Assembly: GCA_016235455.1 (NCBI GenBank)
Contig: JACRKZ010000122.1
Coordinates: forward strand, 1-28,018
Length of the DNA stretch: 28,018 nt
Direction of reading: 5' to 3'
Source of the DNA: Armatimonadota bacterium
GTDB lineage: Bacteria; Armatimonadota; UBA10988
In this document: positions 1 through 8,143 of the stretch, piece after piece
Layout: each line of letters starts with the position of its first letter
How positions within the stretch are numbered: the first letter of the stretch is position 1
Notes under the pieces: generated by a model
Database searches by the model: none
What the model was told of the DNA's origin: nothing
Seen by the model: the letters and a program-made list of their open reading frames with translations, nothing else
Program-made: the position numbers and the translations under genes

Positions 1-28
1 GAGCTGGCGCTCCCAGTACCGTGCCCGC

Positions 29-57
29 TTGACACCCAGCCCCCCTTTCGCCACAAT
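29..57 (+). promoter_or_regulatory. Sigma70-type promoter for the URO-D-like gene pair
   Basis: TTGACA (29-34), 17-nt spacer, CACAAT (52-57); AGGA SD-like at 70-73 before ATG 84. Confidence 0.7.
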
Positions 58-83
58 CCCCCGCGACGCAGGACTCCAGCCCC

Positions 84-977
84 ATGACCCCCAAGCAGCA
101 GCTCCAGACGCTCCCCGACGGCGGCACGCCCGCCCGGCCGCCGCACTGGGAGCTGGTCTTCCAGATCCCGGGCGATATGTTCGACATGCGCTGCACCGGC
201 AGCACGGAGGCCGACTACGACGCCTTCCACCTCGATGTCGCCGCGCGGCTGATCGAGGAGTTGCACTGGGCCGCGACGCCCGCGCGCAACGCCTACTCGC
301 CGACGCATGTGGCGCAGGCCAAGGCGGCGCTGGGCGATCGCGCGCTGGTGCCCGGCTACGAGGGCCAGGGCGTGTTCCATATGCCCAGCGGCAGCGACAT
401 GATGGACTTCGCCATCCGCCTGTTCGAGCGGCCCGAGGACATCCTGGCCGAGGCCCGCGCCAAGTGCGAGGCCGCCAAGGCCAACCTGCGCGCGATGCAC
501 GACGCCGGCGCCGACTTCTTCGTGCTGACCTATGACTTTGGATTCAACAACGCGCCGTTCATCTCGCCCGCGCAGTTCGACTGGCTGTGCGCGCCGTTCC
601 TGGCCGAGATCGTGGCCACCGCGCACGACCTGGGCAAGATCGCCATCCTGCACTCCGATGGCTGCATTACCTCCATCCTCGACGCCATCCACGCCACGGG
701 GATCGACGGCTATCAGTCGGTGGACCCGCAAGGGCACATGGACATCAAGAGCGTGCGCGAGGCCTATCCCGACTGGCTGCTGATGGGCAACGTGCCCTGC
801 AACCTGTTGCAGGACACCCAGGAAGAGCCCATCCGCGAAGCCGTGCGCTACGCCATGGCCGAGGGCGGCGTCGGGCGACGGTTCATCCTGTCCACCAGCA
901 ACTGCATCTTCGCGGGCATGCCGCCCGAGAGCTACCGCATCATGCTCGATGAGTACGAGACGCTTCTGGGAGCCTGA
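84..977 (+). CDS. Uroporphyrinogen decarboxylase (URO-D)/MtaA-CmuA-like family protein
   Basis: 297 aa; DFGFN..ISP, ILHSDG, LMGNV, FILSTSNCI motifs typical of the URO-D-like TIM barrel; GC3-rich codon usage. Confidence 0.85.
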   Translation: MTPKQQLQTLPDGGTPARPPHWELVFQIPGDMFDMRCTGSTEADYDAFHLDVAARLIEELHWAATPARNAYSPTHVAQAKAALGDRALVPGYEGQGVFHMPSGSDMMDFAIRLFERPEDILAEARAKCEAAKANLRAMHDAGADFFVLTYDFGFNNAPFISPAQFDWLCAPFLAEIVATAHDLGKIAILHSDGCITSILDAIHATGIDGYQSVDPQGHMDIKSVREAYPDWLLMGNVPCNLLQDTQEEPIREAVRYAMAEGGVGRRFILSTSNCIFAGMPPESYRIMLDEYETLLGA

Positions 978-979
978 CC

Positions 980-1936
980 ATGCTCAATGACGACCGCTAC
1001 CTCTCGATGACCTTCCAGCGCCCGGCGCGCATCCCGGTCTCGGTGGGCATCCTGCCGGCGGCCTGGATGCGCTATCGCGAGGAGCTCGACCACCTGTGCG
1101 CCGAGCACCCCCGGCTGTTTGGCAACCACCGGGCGGGCCAGCGCGACTACGACGCCGTGGGCGGCACCTATGTCATGGGCCGGCACATCGACGCGTGGGG
1201 CTGCGTGTGGGACAACGTGCAGCATGGCTGCGAGTCGATTGTCACCGGCCATCCCGTACCGACGCGCGCGGACGTCTGGAAGCTGCAGCCGCCCAAGCCT
1301 GGCGCCGGCCTGCCCCATGGCTTCATGTGGCTGCGGCTGGGCGACCTGCGCGGGTTCGAGGAGCTGATGTGCGATTTCGGCGAAGAGTCGCCCGAACTGG
1401 GGCACCTGCTGGACATCGTGCGCGACTACAACGTGGCGGAGATGGCGCGCATCTGTGAGGGCTACTCGCACTGGATGATCTACGTCGGCGACGACCTGGG
1501 CATGCAGACCGCGCTACCCATCAGCCCGCGCCAGTGGCGGCAGTACCTCAAGCCCTGCTACGAGCGGATCTACGCCATCCCCAAGGCCAAGGGGCTGAAG
1601 GTGTACATGCACACCGATGGCCACATCCTGCCGATCATCCCCGACCTGGTCGACGCCGGCGTGGACGTGGTCAACCCGCAGGTGCGCGCCAACGGGCTGG
1701 CCGGGCTGCGTGAGGTGTGCTTCGGCCGGGTCTGCGTCGACCTCGACCTCGACCGACAGCTCTTCCCCTTCTGCACGCCCCAAGACATCGACGACCATGT
1801 GCGCGAGAGCGTGGAGACGCTGGGCAGCCCCGAAGGCGGGTTGTGGCTCAAGGCCGAGATCGGGCCCGATGTGCCGCTGGCCAACTGCGAGGCTATCTTC
1901 GTGGCGCTGGAGACGTATCAGGACTGGTTCGCCTGA
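980..1936 (+). CDS. URO-D/methyltransferase-like family protein
   Basis: 318 aa; DAWGCVW, LRGFEEL, GDDLGMQ..ISP, YMHTDG, DLDRQ motifs; 2 nt after the upstream stop (operon). Confidence 0.85.
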   Translation: MLNDDRYLSMTFQRPARIPVSVGILPAAWMRYREELDHLCAEHPRLFGNHRAGQRDYDAVGGTYVMGRHIDAWGCVWDNVQHGCESIVTGHPVPTRADVWKLQPPKPGAGLPHGFMWLRLGDLRGFEELMCDFGEESPELGHLLDIVRDYNVAEMARICEGYSHWMIYVGDDLGMQTALPISPRQWRQYLKPCYERIYAIPKAKGLKVYMHTDGHILPIIPDLVDAGVDVVNPQVRANGLAGLREVCFGRVCVDLDLDRQLFPFCTPQDIDDHVRESVETLGSPEGGLWLKAEIGPDVPLANCEAIFVALETYQDWFA

Positions 1937-2015
1937 CCTGGGCGCGCGAACGTCCGCGCCTGCGTGTCGCTTGGCGCCAAGAGAAGGTGCTGACCTGGCG
2001 GGCCTTGCTCCCGGG

Positions 2016-3665
2016 TCAGCGCTCCAACCCGCACTTGGGGTTGGCCGGATCATCCAGCCGCGGCCGCGCGATGGGCTCCCCGTCGGGCAGGCCGCAGGTA
2101 AAGCGCCAGGTGGCCACCTTGTTCTTGCCGCCGCTGACCACCGTCATCGTCGCGGTGTAGGTCTCGTGTTCCTTCAGCGGCGCCAACGGCACCAGCACCG
2201 CGGTGGCGCCGCCTTTGGGCGGGCCCTGCAGGCTGCAGGCGACGGGTTGCTTGAGGCGATCGACCAGCGTGGCCGCGGCCACCAGGTCGATGCCGGTGGG
2301 CACGGTCAGCGACACTGGGCAGCCATACGGCCGGGGCTGGTCGGCCGGCACCAGGGCGGGCTCCTCCAGGCCATTCCACGTGCCGGGCACGCCGGCGGCG
2401 TTGTCGGCCGGGTAGACGGCGGCATCCGGCAAGCGCGACTTGTTGGGCAGCGCGCCGGTGACCACCACGCAGACCGGCGTCTGCCCCGACGCCACGCCGA
2501 CTCCTACCGCCGTGGCGCGTGGGTCGGCCAGCGCCATGCGCTGACGCACCGTCTGCCAGAGACCGTCGACAGCGCGCACGCCATCGGTGTAGCCGTGGCT
2601 GGCTTCGCTCAGGAACTGGCCGCCAAAGCCGGCCACGCGCTCGCGCGCCGCTTGTGCCGCGGGCGCTGTCGGCGCCAGACCGGCCAGATACTCCGCCTGG
2701 GCTTGCGCGGCGCGCATGAGCTCGGGCGAGGTCGCCGGCGCCGGCAGCATGAGGGCGCGGCGGTACTGGCAGAGGCGCAGGTAGGCCATCTGGCGCTCGT
2801 AGTCCTGGGCCGCCACCTCGGCCCGTCGGCGCAGCTCGGGCGTGGCCGGCTGCGCGCCGCGCACCACCACGGTCAGCGCGCCGCTGCGCTCGTGACCCTC
2901 ATACTGCCCGACCGCCGGCCGGAACTGGACCAGCCCGCTCTGCTTGGCACGCACCACGCGCTGCCCGCCCACCTGCTGCCACTCACCAACGCCAAAGCCG
3001 GGGCCGCCGAAGCGCACCATCAGCCGGCCCCAGGCGACGCCATCGGCGATGCGCCGGCGCAAGTCACCGTCGGGCCCGAGCAACTGGCCATCGGCATACA
3101 TGCGCCACTGGCCAAACGCGTCGAAGCGCACTTCCTGGCCGGCCTCCACGTACAGATCGGCGATCGTTCCGTCGCCGGCGGCCGGCACCTGCACTTGAGC
3201 GCCCTTGGCGGCCAGTTCGGCAATCACCTGGCCCTCGGGCCGGCCACCGCGGATGGTGACCTTCAGCTCGCCGTCGCCTTCGGTCATGCCCACAGCGCCG
3301 AGGTTGGGATACAGCACCAGCGCGCCGGAGGCGTCGGCGGTCAACGTGCGGCCGGTGCCCACGGAGAACTCGCCGCCACCGCCTATGCGCGCCATCAGGC
3401 AGCCCCACCCGTACAGCCCGACGCGGTAGCGATGGCCGATGGCGTTGGACCGGCCGAAGTGACCGGCCCACATGGTCCACTCGCCCTCTACGGCAAAGGA
3501 CAGCGACTCGCCGCGCGCCAGCCACAGCCCGGTCTCCAGGCGCTGGCTCTTGGCGGGGAAGATCAGCGTCACGGCTGGGCCAGCGGGCTCCGCGCCAACC
3601 GACATCACCGGCCCGCGCGCACCCACCAACGACAGCATCAGAGCAAACAGAGTGGCAGCCGACAC
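2016..3665 (-). CDS. Secreted protein: two lectin (LecA/PA-IL)-like beta-sandwich repeats + CAP/SCP domain + Ig-like C-terminal domain
   Basis: 549 aa from GTG with GGGAGA SD; signal peptide; repeats G(E/Q)x(L/V)xF..GxWxM...WGxLMxR(I/F)GG; CAP-like ELMRAAQAQAEYL...W..VRQR..LADP.ATAVGVG; PLAPLK..ETY Ig-like tail. Confidence 0.7.
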   Translation of the reverse strand: MSAATLFALMLSLVGARGPVMSVGAEPAGPAVTLIFPAKSQRLETGLWLARGESLSFAVEGEWTMWAGHFGRSNAIGHRYRVGLYGWGCLMARIGGGGEFSVGTGRTLTADASGALVLYPNLGAVGMTEGDGELKVTIRGGRPEGQVIAELAAKGAQVQVPAAGDGTIADLYVEAGQEVRFDAFGQWRMYADGQLLGPDGDLRRRIADGVAWGRLMVRFGGPGFGVGEWQQVGGQRVVRAKQSGLVQFRPAVGQYEGHERSGALTVVVRGAQPATPELRRRAEVAAQDYERQMAYLRLCQYRRALMLPAPATSPELMRAAQAQAEYLAGLAPTAPAAQAARERVAGFGGQFLSEASHGYTDGVRAVDGLWQTVRQRMALADPRATAVGVGVASGQTPVCVVVTGALPNKSRLPDAAVYPADNAAGVPGTWNGLEEPALVPADQPRPYGCPVSLTVPTGIDLVAAATLVDRLKQPVACSLQGPPKGGATAVLVPLAPLKEHETYTATMTVVSGGKNKVATWRFTCGLPDGEPIARPRLDDPANPKCGLER

Positions 3666-3752
3666 GAGCGGATTCTCCCAACGGATTGGACAGCCAACGA
3701 GCAGTTGGAGTCTCCAGTAACGTCAGAATGAACCTCACCGCCGCCACACGCC

Positions 3753-3781
3753 TTGACCCTGGCCGACTCCCTTTCTAAGAT
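3753..3781 (+). promoter_or_regulatory. Sigma70-type promoter of the corrinoid/MtaA-like/kinase operon
   Basis: TTGACC (3753-3758), 17 nt, TAAGAT (3776-3781); the ORF-track TTG start at 3753 is this -35 box. Confidence 0.65.
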
Positions 3782-3830
3782 AGCCCTGGGTCCAGCCGCT
3801 ACCGCCGCCACCGCCAGTACCGAGGGCTCT

Positions 3831-4478
3831 ATGCCACACAGGTCCGACCAGGAAGACATTGCGTCGATCAGGGCCGCGCTCCTTGGGGCCGACTACGTCA
3901 CCGCCTTGGCGTTGCTGCGTCGCGACGGCGATGGTTCAGGGCTGCTGGCGCGCATCGAGCAACAGGTGGTGCCCGCGCTGGACGACATCGGCGACGCCTG
4001 GGGCCGGGGCGAAGTGTCGCTGGCCGAGGTTTACATCAGCGGGCGGCTGTGCGAGCGACTGATCGACGATGTGCTGCGCGAGGCCAATGTGTCGCGGCGC
4101 GCGCAGCCCAAGATGGCCATTGCTGCGCTCGATGACTACCACCTGCTTGGCAAGCGTTTGGTCCATGCCTCGCTGCGTGCGGCCGGCTACGAGGTCGCGG
4201 ACCATGGCCGCGGCACCGCCGAGGAGATTGTGCGGCGCGCGGCCGACGAAGAGATCGAGGTGTTGCTGATCTCGGTGCTGATGCTGCCCTCGGCGCTGCG
4301 CGTGGCCGAGGTGCGCAGCGGCCTCGCGCAGCGTGGCCTGCCGACCAAGGTGGTGGTCGGTGGCGCGCCGTTCCGCCTCGATCCGGACCTGTGGCGGCAG
4401 GTGGGCGCCGATGCCAGTGGTCCCACGGCGGCATGCGCCGTGTCGCTGGTCGACACCGTCTGGAAGTCCTCGCCATGA
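3831..4478 (+). CDS. Cobalamin (B12)-binding corrinoid protein (MtbC/MttC-like)
   Basis: ATG 3831 with GAGGG SD; cap domain VVPALDDIGDAWGRGEVSLAEVY; DxHxxG = DYHLLG (His codon 4140-4142), SxL = ISVLM, VVVGGAPF. Confidence 0.9.
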   Translation: MPHRSDQEDIASIRAALLGADYVTALALLRRDGDGSGLLARIEQQVVPALDDIGDAWGRGEVSLAEVYISGRLCERLIDDVLREANVSRRAQPKMAIAALDDYHLLGKRLVHASLRAAGYEVADHGRGTAEEIVRRAADEEIEVLLISVLMLPSALRVAEVRSGLAQRGLPTKVVVGGAPFRLDPDLWRQVGADASGPTAACAVSLVDTVWKSSP

Positions 4479-5521
4479 CCTCCATCGAGCGCGTTCTGAC
4501 CACGCTGGGGCACAATGAACCCGATCGGGTGCCGCTGTTTCTGCTCTTGAGCATGCATGGCGCCAAGGAGCTCGGCCTCTCGATACGCGACTACTTCGCG
4601 CGGCCAGAGCATGTGGTCGAAGGCCAGCTGCGGCTCCGCGAGCGCTACGGACACGACTGCTACTACCTTTTCCACCATGCGCCGTTGGAGGCCCAGGCAT
4701 GGGGCGGTGAGGTCGTCTTCGTCGAGGACGGTCCACCCAACTCGGGCGAGCCGCCACTCACGCGCGCCGAGCAAATCGACCACCTGGAGCTCCCGGTCGT
4801 GGCCGACTGTGCCGCGTTGACGGGTGTGCTGGCAGCGACGTCCGCGCTCAAGTCGCGGGCCGGCGACGAGGTGCCGCTGATCGGCGTCGTCATGTCGCCG
4901 TTCTCACTGCCCGTCATGCAACTCGGCTTTGAGCTGTACCTGCAGGTCCTCCTGGAACAGCCCGAGCGCTTCGCACGACTGATGGCGCTGAACGAGGCGT
5001 TCTGCGTCGAGTGGGCCAACGCGCAGTTGCGCGCAGGCGCCACGGCCATCTGCTACTTCGATCCGGTGGCCTCGCCGACCATCGTGCCACCGACCACCTA
5101 CCGCGCGTTGGGCCAGCCCGTGGCACGGCATACGCTGTCGCGCATCGAGGGCCCGACTGCCACGCACCTGGCCTCGGGTCGCGCGCTGCCCATCGTCGAT
5201 GACCTGGCCTCCACCGGCACCGCCATCATCGGCGTAGGCCACGACGAGCCGCTGGCGGCGCTCAAGGCGGCAGCGCACGGTAAGGTGAGCCTGCTCGGCA
5301 ACCTGAACGGGGTGGCCATGTGCCGCTGGACGGGCGAGCAGGCCGAGGCCGAGGTGAAGCGCGCCATCGGTGCCGCCGGGCCGGGCGGCGGCTTCATCTT
5401 GGCCGAGGGGCACGGCGAAGTGCCGTGGCAAGTGACCGACGACACACTGCTCGCCGTCGCCGACGCGGCCCGGCGTTGGGGCGCCTACCCGCTGAGTTGG
5501 GTCGGTGACCATGGACCGTGA
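4475..5521 (+). CDS. URO-D/MtaA-CmuA-like (methylcobalamin methyltransferase fold) protein
   Basis: ATGA overlap with the upstream stop; MTSIERV...EPDRVP start, SPFSL, GATAICYFDPVAS, LLGNLNG, GGGFIL. Confidence 0.88.
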   Translation: MTSIERVLTTLGHNEPDRVPLFLLLSMHGAKELGLSIRDYFARPEHVVEGQLRLRERYGHDCYYLFHHAPLEAQAWGGEVVFVEDGPPNSGEPPLTRAEQIDHLELPVVADCAALTGVLAATSALKSRAGDEVPLIGVVMSPFSLPVMQLGFELYLQVLLEQPERFARLMALNEAFCVEWANAQLRAGATAICYFDPVASPTIVPPTTYRALGQPVARHTLSRIEGPTATHLASGRALPIVDDLASTGTAIIGVGHDEPLAALKAAAHGKVSLLGNLNGVAMCRWTGEQAEAEVKRAIGAAGPGGGFILAEGHGEVPWQVTDDTLLAVADAARRWGAYPLSWVGDHGP

Positions 5522-8066
5522 CGTCGAGATCGTCGTCTGCGAGACGCTGCGGCGCGAGGTCGTCGCCGCCCTGCGGGCCGAAGGGCTCGACGATGTGACG
5601 GTGACCACGCGCGAAGCCTCCTGCGGGCGCGCGGCTCAGGCCGATGGGGCGGCCTTCCACTCACTGAGCGGCGCGGCTCGCCTGGTGCTGCTGGGCGGCG
5701 CGTGTTGCCGAGGCATCAGCGACACGATGGCGCCCTCGGTGACACGGATTCCCGGTGTCGGCGGTTGTTGCGCCGAACTGCTGCTGCCCGGCGCTCTGGT
5801 GGACCACCTGACTCGCTCCGGCGCCTACCTGGCGACGCCGGGCTGGCTGGCCGGCTGGGAGCGACGGCTGGCCGAATGGGGCTTCGACCAGGCCACGGCG
5901 CGTGCCCTCTTCGGCGAGAGCTGCCAGCGCCTGGTCCTGCTGGACACCGGCTTGGACCCGGACGCGCCGGCGCGGCTGATCGAGATGGCCGCTTACGTCG
6001 ACCGGCCGTGCGAGCTGCTGCCCGTGGGGCTCGACCTGCTCCGCGCCTATCTGGCCAAGGAAGTGTACGCCCAGCGCGCGGCCCGGCCGGAGCCCAGCGG
6101 GCCCGCCGTGCAGCCGGCGCGCTCGCTGGCCGACGCCGCCTTCGTGCTCGATGTCGTCGGCCGGCTGGCGGAGCTGACCACCGAACGCGAGGTCGCGGAC
6201 CGAGTGTTCGAGCTGGTGGAGATGCTCTTCGCCTCGCGCCGGCTGGCCTACCTGCCATGGCGTGACGGGACCTGGCAGGAGCCCGTCTGGCGGCCAGCGC
6301 CGCCCACCGACGCGGCCGAGGCCCGCCGTGCCATGGTGGCGGCGGCGGACTCCGTCTTGCGCACCGCCTGCGGCGCCGGCTTCGCCATGCCCATCCGCGC
6401 CGACCGCGACCTGGTGGGGGTACTGCTCGTGGACGGGGTGGCCTTGCCGGACCACCTGGACGACTACCTCAATCTGGCCCTGCACATGGCGCCCATGTTG
6501 GCCATGGCGCTGACCAACGCGCGCCGCTATGAGCAGATGGTCGAAGAGCGCGCCCGCTACCGGCTGGCACGGTTCACACTCGATACCGTGTCGGAGCTCG
6601 CCCTCTGGCTGAGCCCCGACGGGCGTATCGTCGACGCTAACGAGGCCGCCTGCGCGGCCCTGGGCTACCGCCGCGACGACCTGCTCGGCACGGCCATGGC
6701 GGGCGTGGACCACAGCTTCGAACCCGACATGGCGCGCGATGTGTGGCACAGAGCCCGGCACGGCGATCGCTCCACCTGGCTGACCACCTTCCGCACGCAC
6801 ACGGGCGGGTCGCTCCCGGTCGAGGTATCGACGCGCATCGTCGAGCATGGCGGCGGCGCACTGCTGTGCGTGCTGGCGCGCGACGTTGCCGAACGGCTGC
6901 GCGCCGAGGCGCTTGGCCGCCAGCTGGACCAGCGGCTGCGCCAGGCGCGGCAGGCAGCCAGCCTCGGTGCCCTGGCGGGCGGGCTGGCCCACGAGTTCAA
7001 CAACCTGCTGGCCACCGTCATGGCCGAGGCCGAACTGGCGCTCGGCGAGCCGGCGGACGCAGAGGCCGGACTCGGCGTCATCATCGGCAGTGCCCAGCGC
7101 GGTGCCGAGCTCTGCCAGATGATGCTGGCCTGCGCGGGTCGAGCGCCGTTCTCGCTACAGCCCACCAACCTGACCGAGGTGGCGAACGCTGCCCTGCGGG
7201 ACATCCGCGCCGGGCTGCCCGAGCAGGTCGCCATAACAGTGGAATGCGCGGATGCCGTACTGCTCGTGCAGGGCGACGCGTCGCAGTTGCGTGGCGTGGT
7301 CGCCGGCCTGCTGCACAACGCGGTCGAGGCCATCGGGGAGGCCAGCGGCGAAGTGGCCCTGGAGTTGCGCGTCGCCTGGCGTGAATCCGGCCAACTGGGT
7401 ACGGACCAGGCGGGCCGCCCGCTGCCGGCCGGCACCTACGTGCTGCTGACCGTACGCGACACCGGCCACGGCATGGACCGCGAGACCGCCGAAAGGGCAT
7501 TCGACCCGTTCTTCACCACCCGCTTCGCCGGTCGCGGCCTGGGGCTGGCCGCTGTGCTGGGCATGGTCTGGTCGCACCATGGGTCGATCACCCTTGACAC
7601 CGAGCCCGGCCGCGGCACCACCGTGACTGTGGCGCTGCCCGCGCTGGCCCAGCCAGCGGCGGAGACGACCGCGGCTGCTTCGCGGTATGAACCAGGCGGG
7701 CTGGTGCTGCTGGCCGACGACGAGGGCAGTGTCCGACGGGTCTCGACGCGCGTTCTGTCGCGCCTGGGGTTTGAGGTGGTCGCCGCCGCCGGCGGTGAAG
7801 AGGCGATCCGCCTCTTTGGCGACCATGCCGAGCGCATTCGCGCGGTCGTGCTCGACGTGATGATGCCGGGTGTGAGCGGTGCCGACGCTCTGGCGGGCAT
7901 GAGGCGAGTGCGGCCTGACCTGCCAGCCGTGCTGATGAGTGGGCACAGCGATGTCGACCTGAAGGCCGCCGGCGTGGCAGGCACGCCGACGGCCTTCCTC
8001 ACCAAGCCGTTCTCCCAGGCCCGCCTGCGTGATGCCCTGGCCGGTCTGCTCAGCGAGCCAGACTAG
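5511..8066 (+). CDS. Hybrid sensor histidine kinase: DUF1638-like + GAF-like + PAS + HisKA + HATPase_c + receiver
   Basis: ATG 5511 (alt GTG 5505) overlaps upstream gene; N-terminal C..L / GGAC / CCAELLL / YLATPGWLAGW / VLLDTG (DUF1638-like); PAS IVDANEAACAALGY..DDLLG; H-box LAHEFNNLL; N/G1/F/G2 boxes HNAVEA, DTGHG, FDPFFTT, GRGLGL; REC LADDE, LDVMMP, MSG, TKPF. Confidence 0.9.
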   Translation: MDRDVEIVVCETLRREVVAALRAEGLDDVTVTTREASCGRAAQADGAAFHSLSGAARLVLLGGACCRGISDTMAPSVTRIPGVGGCCAELLLPGALVDHLTRSGAYLATPGWLAGWERRLAEWGFDQATARALFGESCQRLVLLDTGLDPDAPARLIEMAAYVDRPCELLPVGLDLLRAYLAKEVYAQRAARPEPSGPAVQPARSLADAAFVLDVVGRLAELTTEREVADRVFELVEMLFASRRLAYLPWRDGTWQEPVWRPAPPTDAAEARRAMVAAADSVLRTACGAGFAMPIRADRDLVGVLLVDGVALPDHLDDYLNLALHMAPMLAMALTNARRYEQMVEERARYRLARFTLDTVSELALWLSPDGRIVDANEAACAALGYRRDDLLGTAMAGVDHSFEPDMARDVWHRARHGDRSTWLTTFRTHTGGSLPVEVSTRIVEHGGGALLCVLARDVAERLRAEALGRQLDQRLRQARQAASLGALAGGLAHEFNNLLATVMAEAELALGEPADAEAGLGVIIGSAQRGAELCQMMLACAGRAPFSLQPTNLTEVANAALRDIRAGLPEQVAITVECADAVLLVQGDASQLRGVVAGLLHNAVEAIGEASGEVALELRVAWRESGQLGTDQAGRPLPAGTYVLLTVRDTGHGMDRETAERAFDPFFTTRFAGRGLGLAAVLGMVWSHHGSITLDTEPGRGTTVTVALPALAQPAAETTAAASRYEPGGLVLLADDEGSVRRVSTRVLSRLGFEVVAAAGGEEAIRLFGDHAERIRAVVLDVMMPGVSGADALAGMRRVRPDLPAVLMSGHSDVDLKAAGVAGTPTAFLTKPFSQARLRDALAGLLSEPD

Positions 8067-8143
8067 GGCGTGAAGGGACAGCAGGGCAAGATGGCCAATA
8101 GGGCCTGACGGGCATCTCGCCACGCTCAACGGATGACGACTCC

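Noticed and set aside
1937-2015. CTTGGCGCCAAG palindrome and AAGGTGCT between convergent genes as riboswitch or terminator
   Set aside because: Lies downstream of both genes, has no U-tract, and is too short to distinguish from chance
1617-3731. 704-aa + strand ORF (likewise 5661-6992, 12728-14044, 18185-20371, 22879-24645, 24524-26065, 26336-27559)
   Set aside because: Antisense shadows of real genes, caused by stop-codon scarcity at high GC; R/G/A/H-rich nonsense translations with no motifs
3753-3830. N-terminal extension of the corrinoid protein from TTG 3753 (likewise the PBP from TTG 24486)
   Set aside because: These TTGs are the -35 boxes of well-spaced promoters; downstream ATGs have SD sequences
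3666-3830. Cobalamin riboswitch upstream of the B12-binding gene (also looked for before cobA at 25835-25946)
   Set aside because: No recognisable B12-box/GGGAA...GCCACTG core, and the leaders are too short; Rfam cmscan would be decisive
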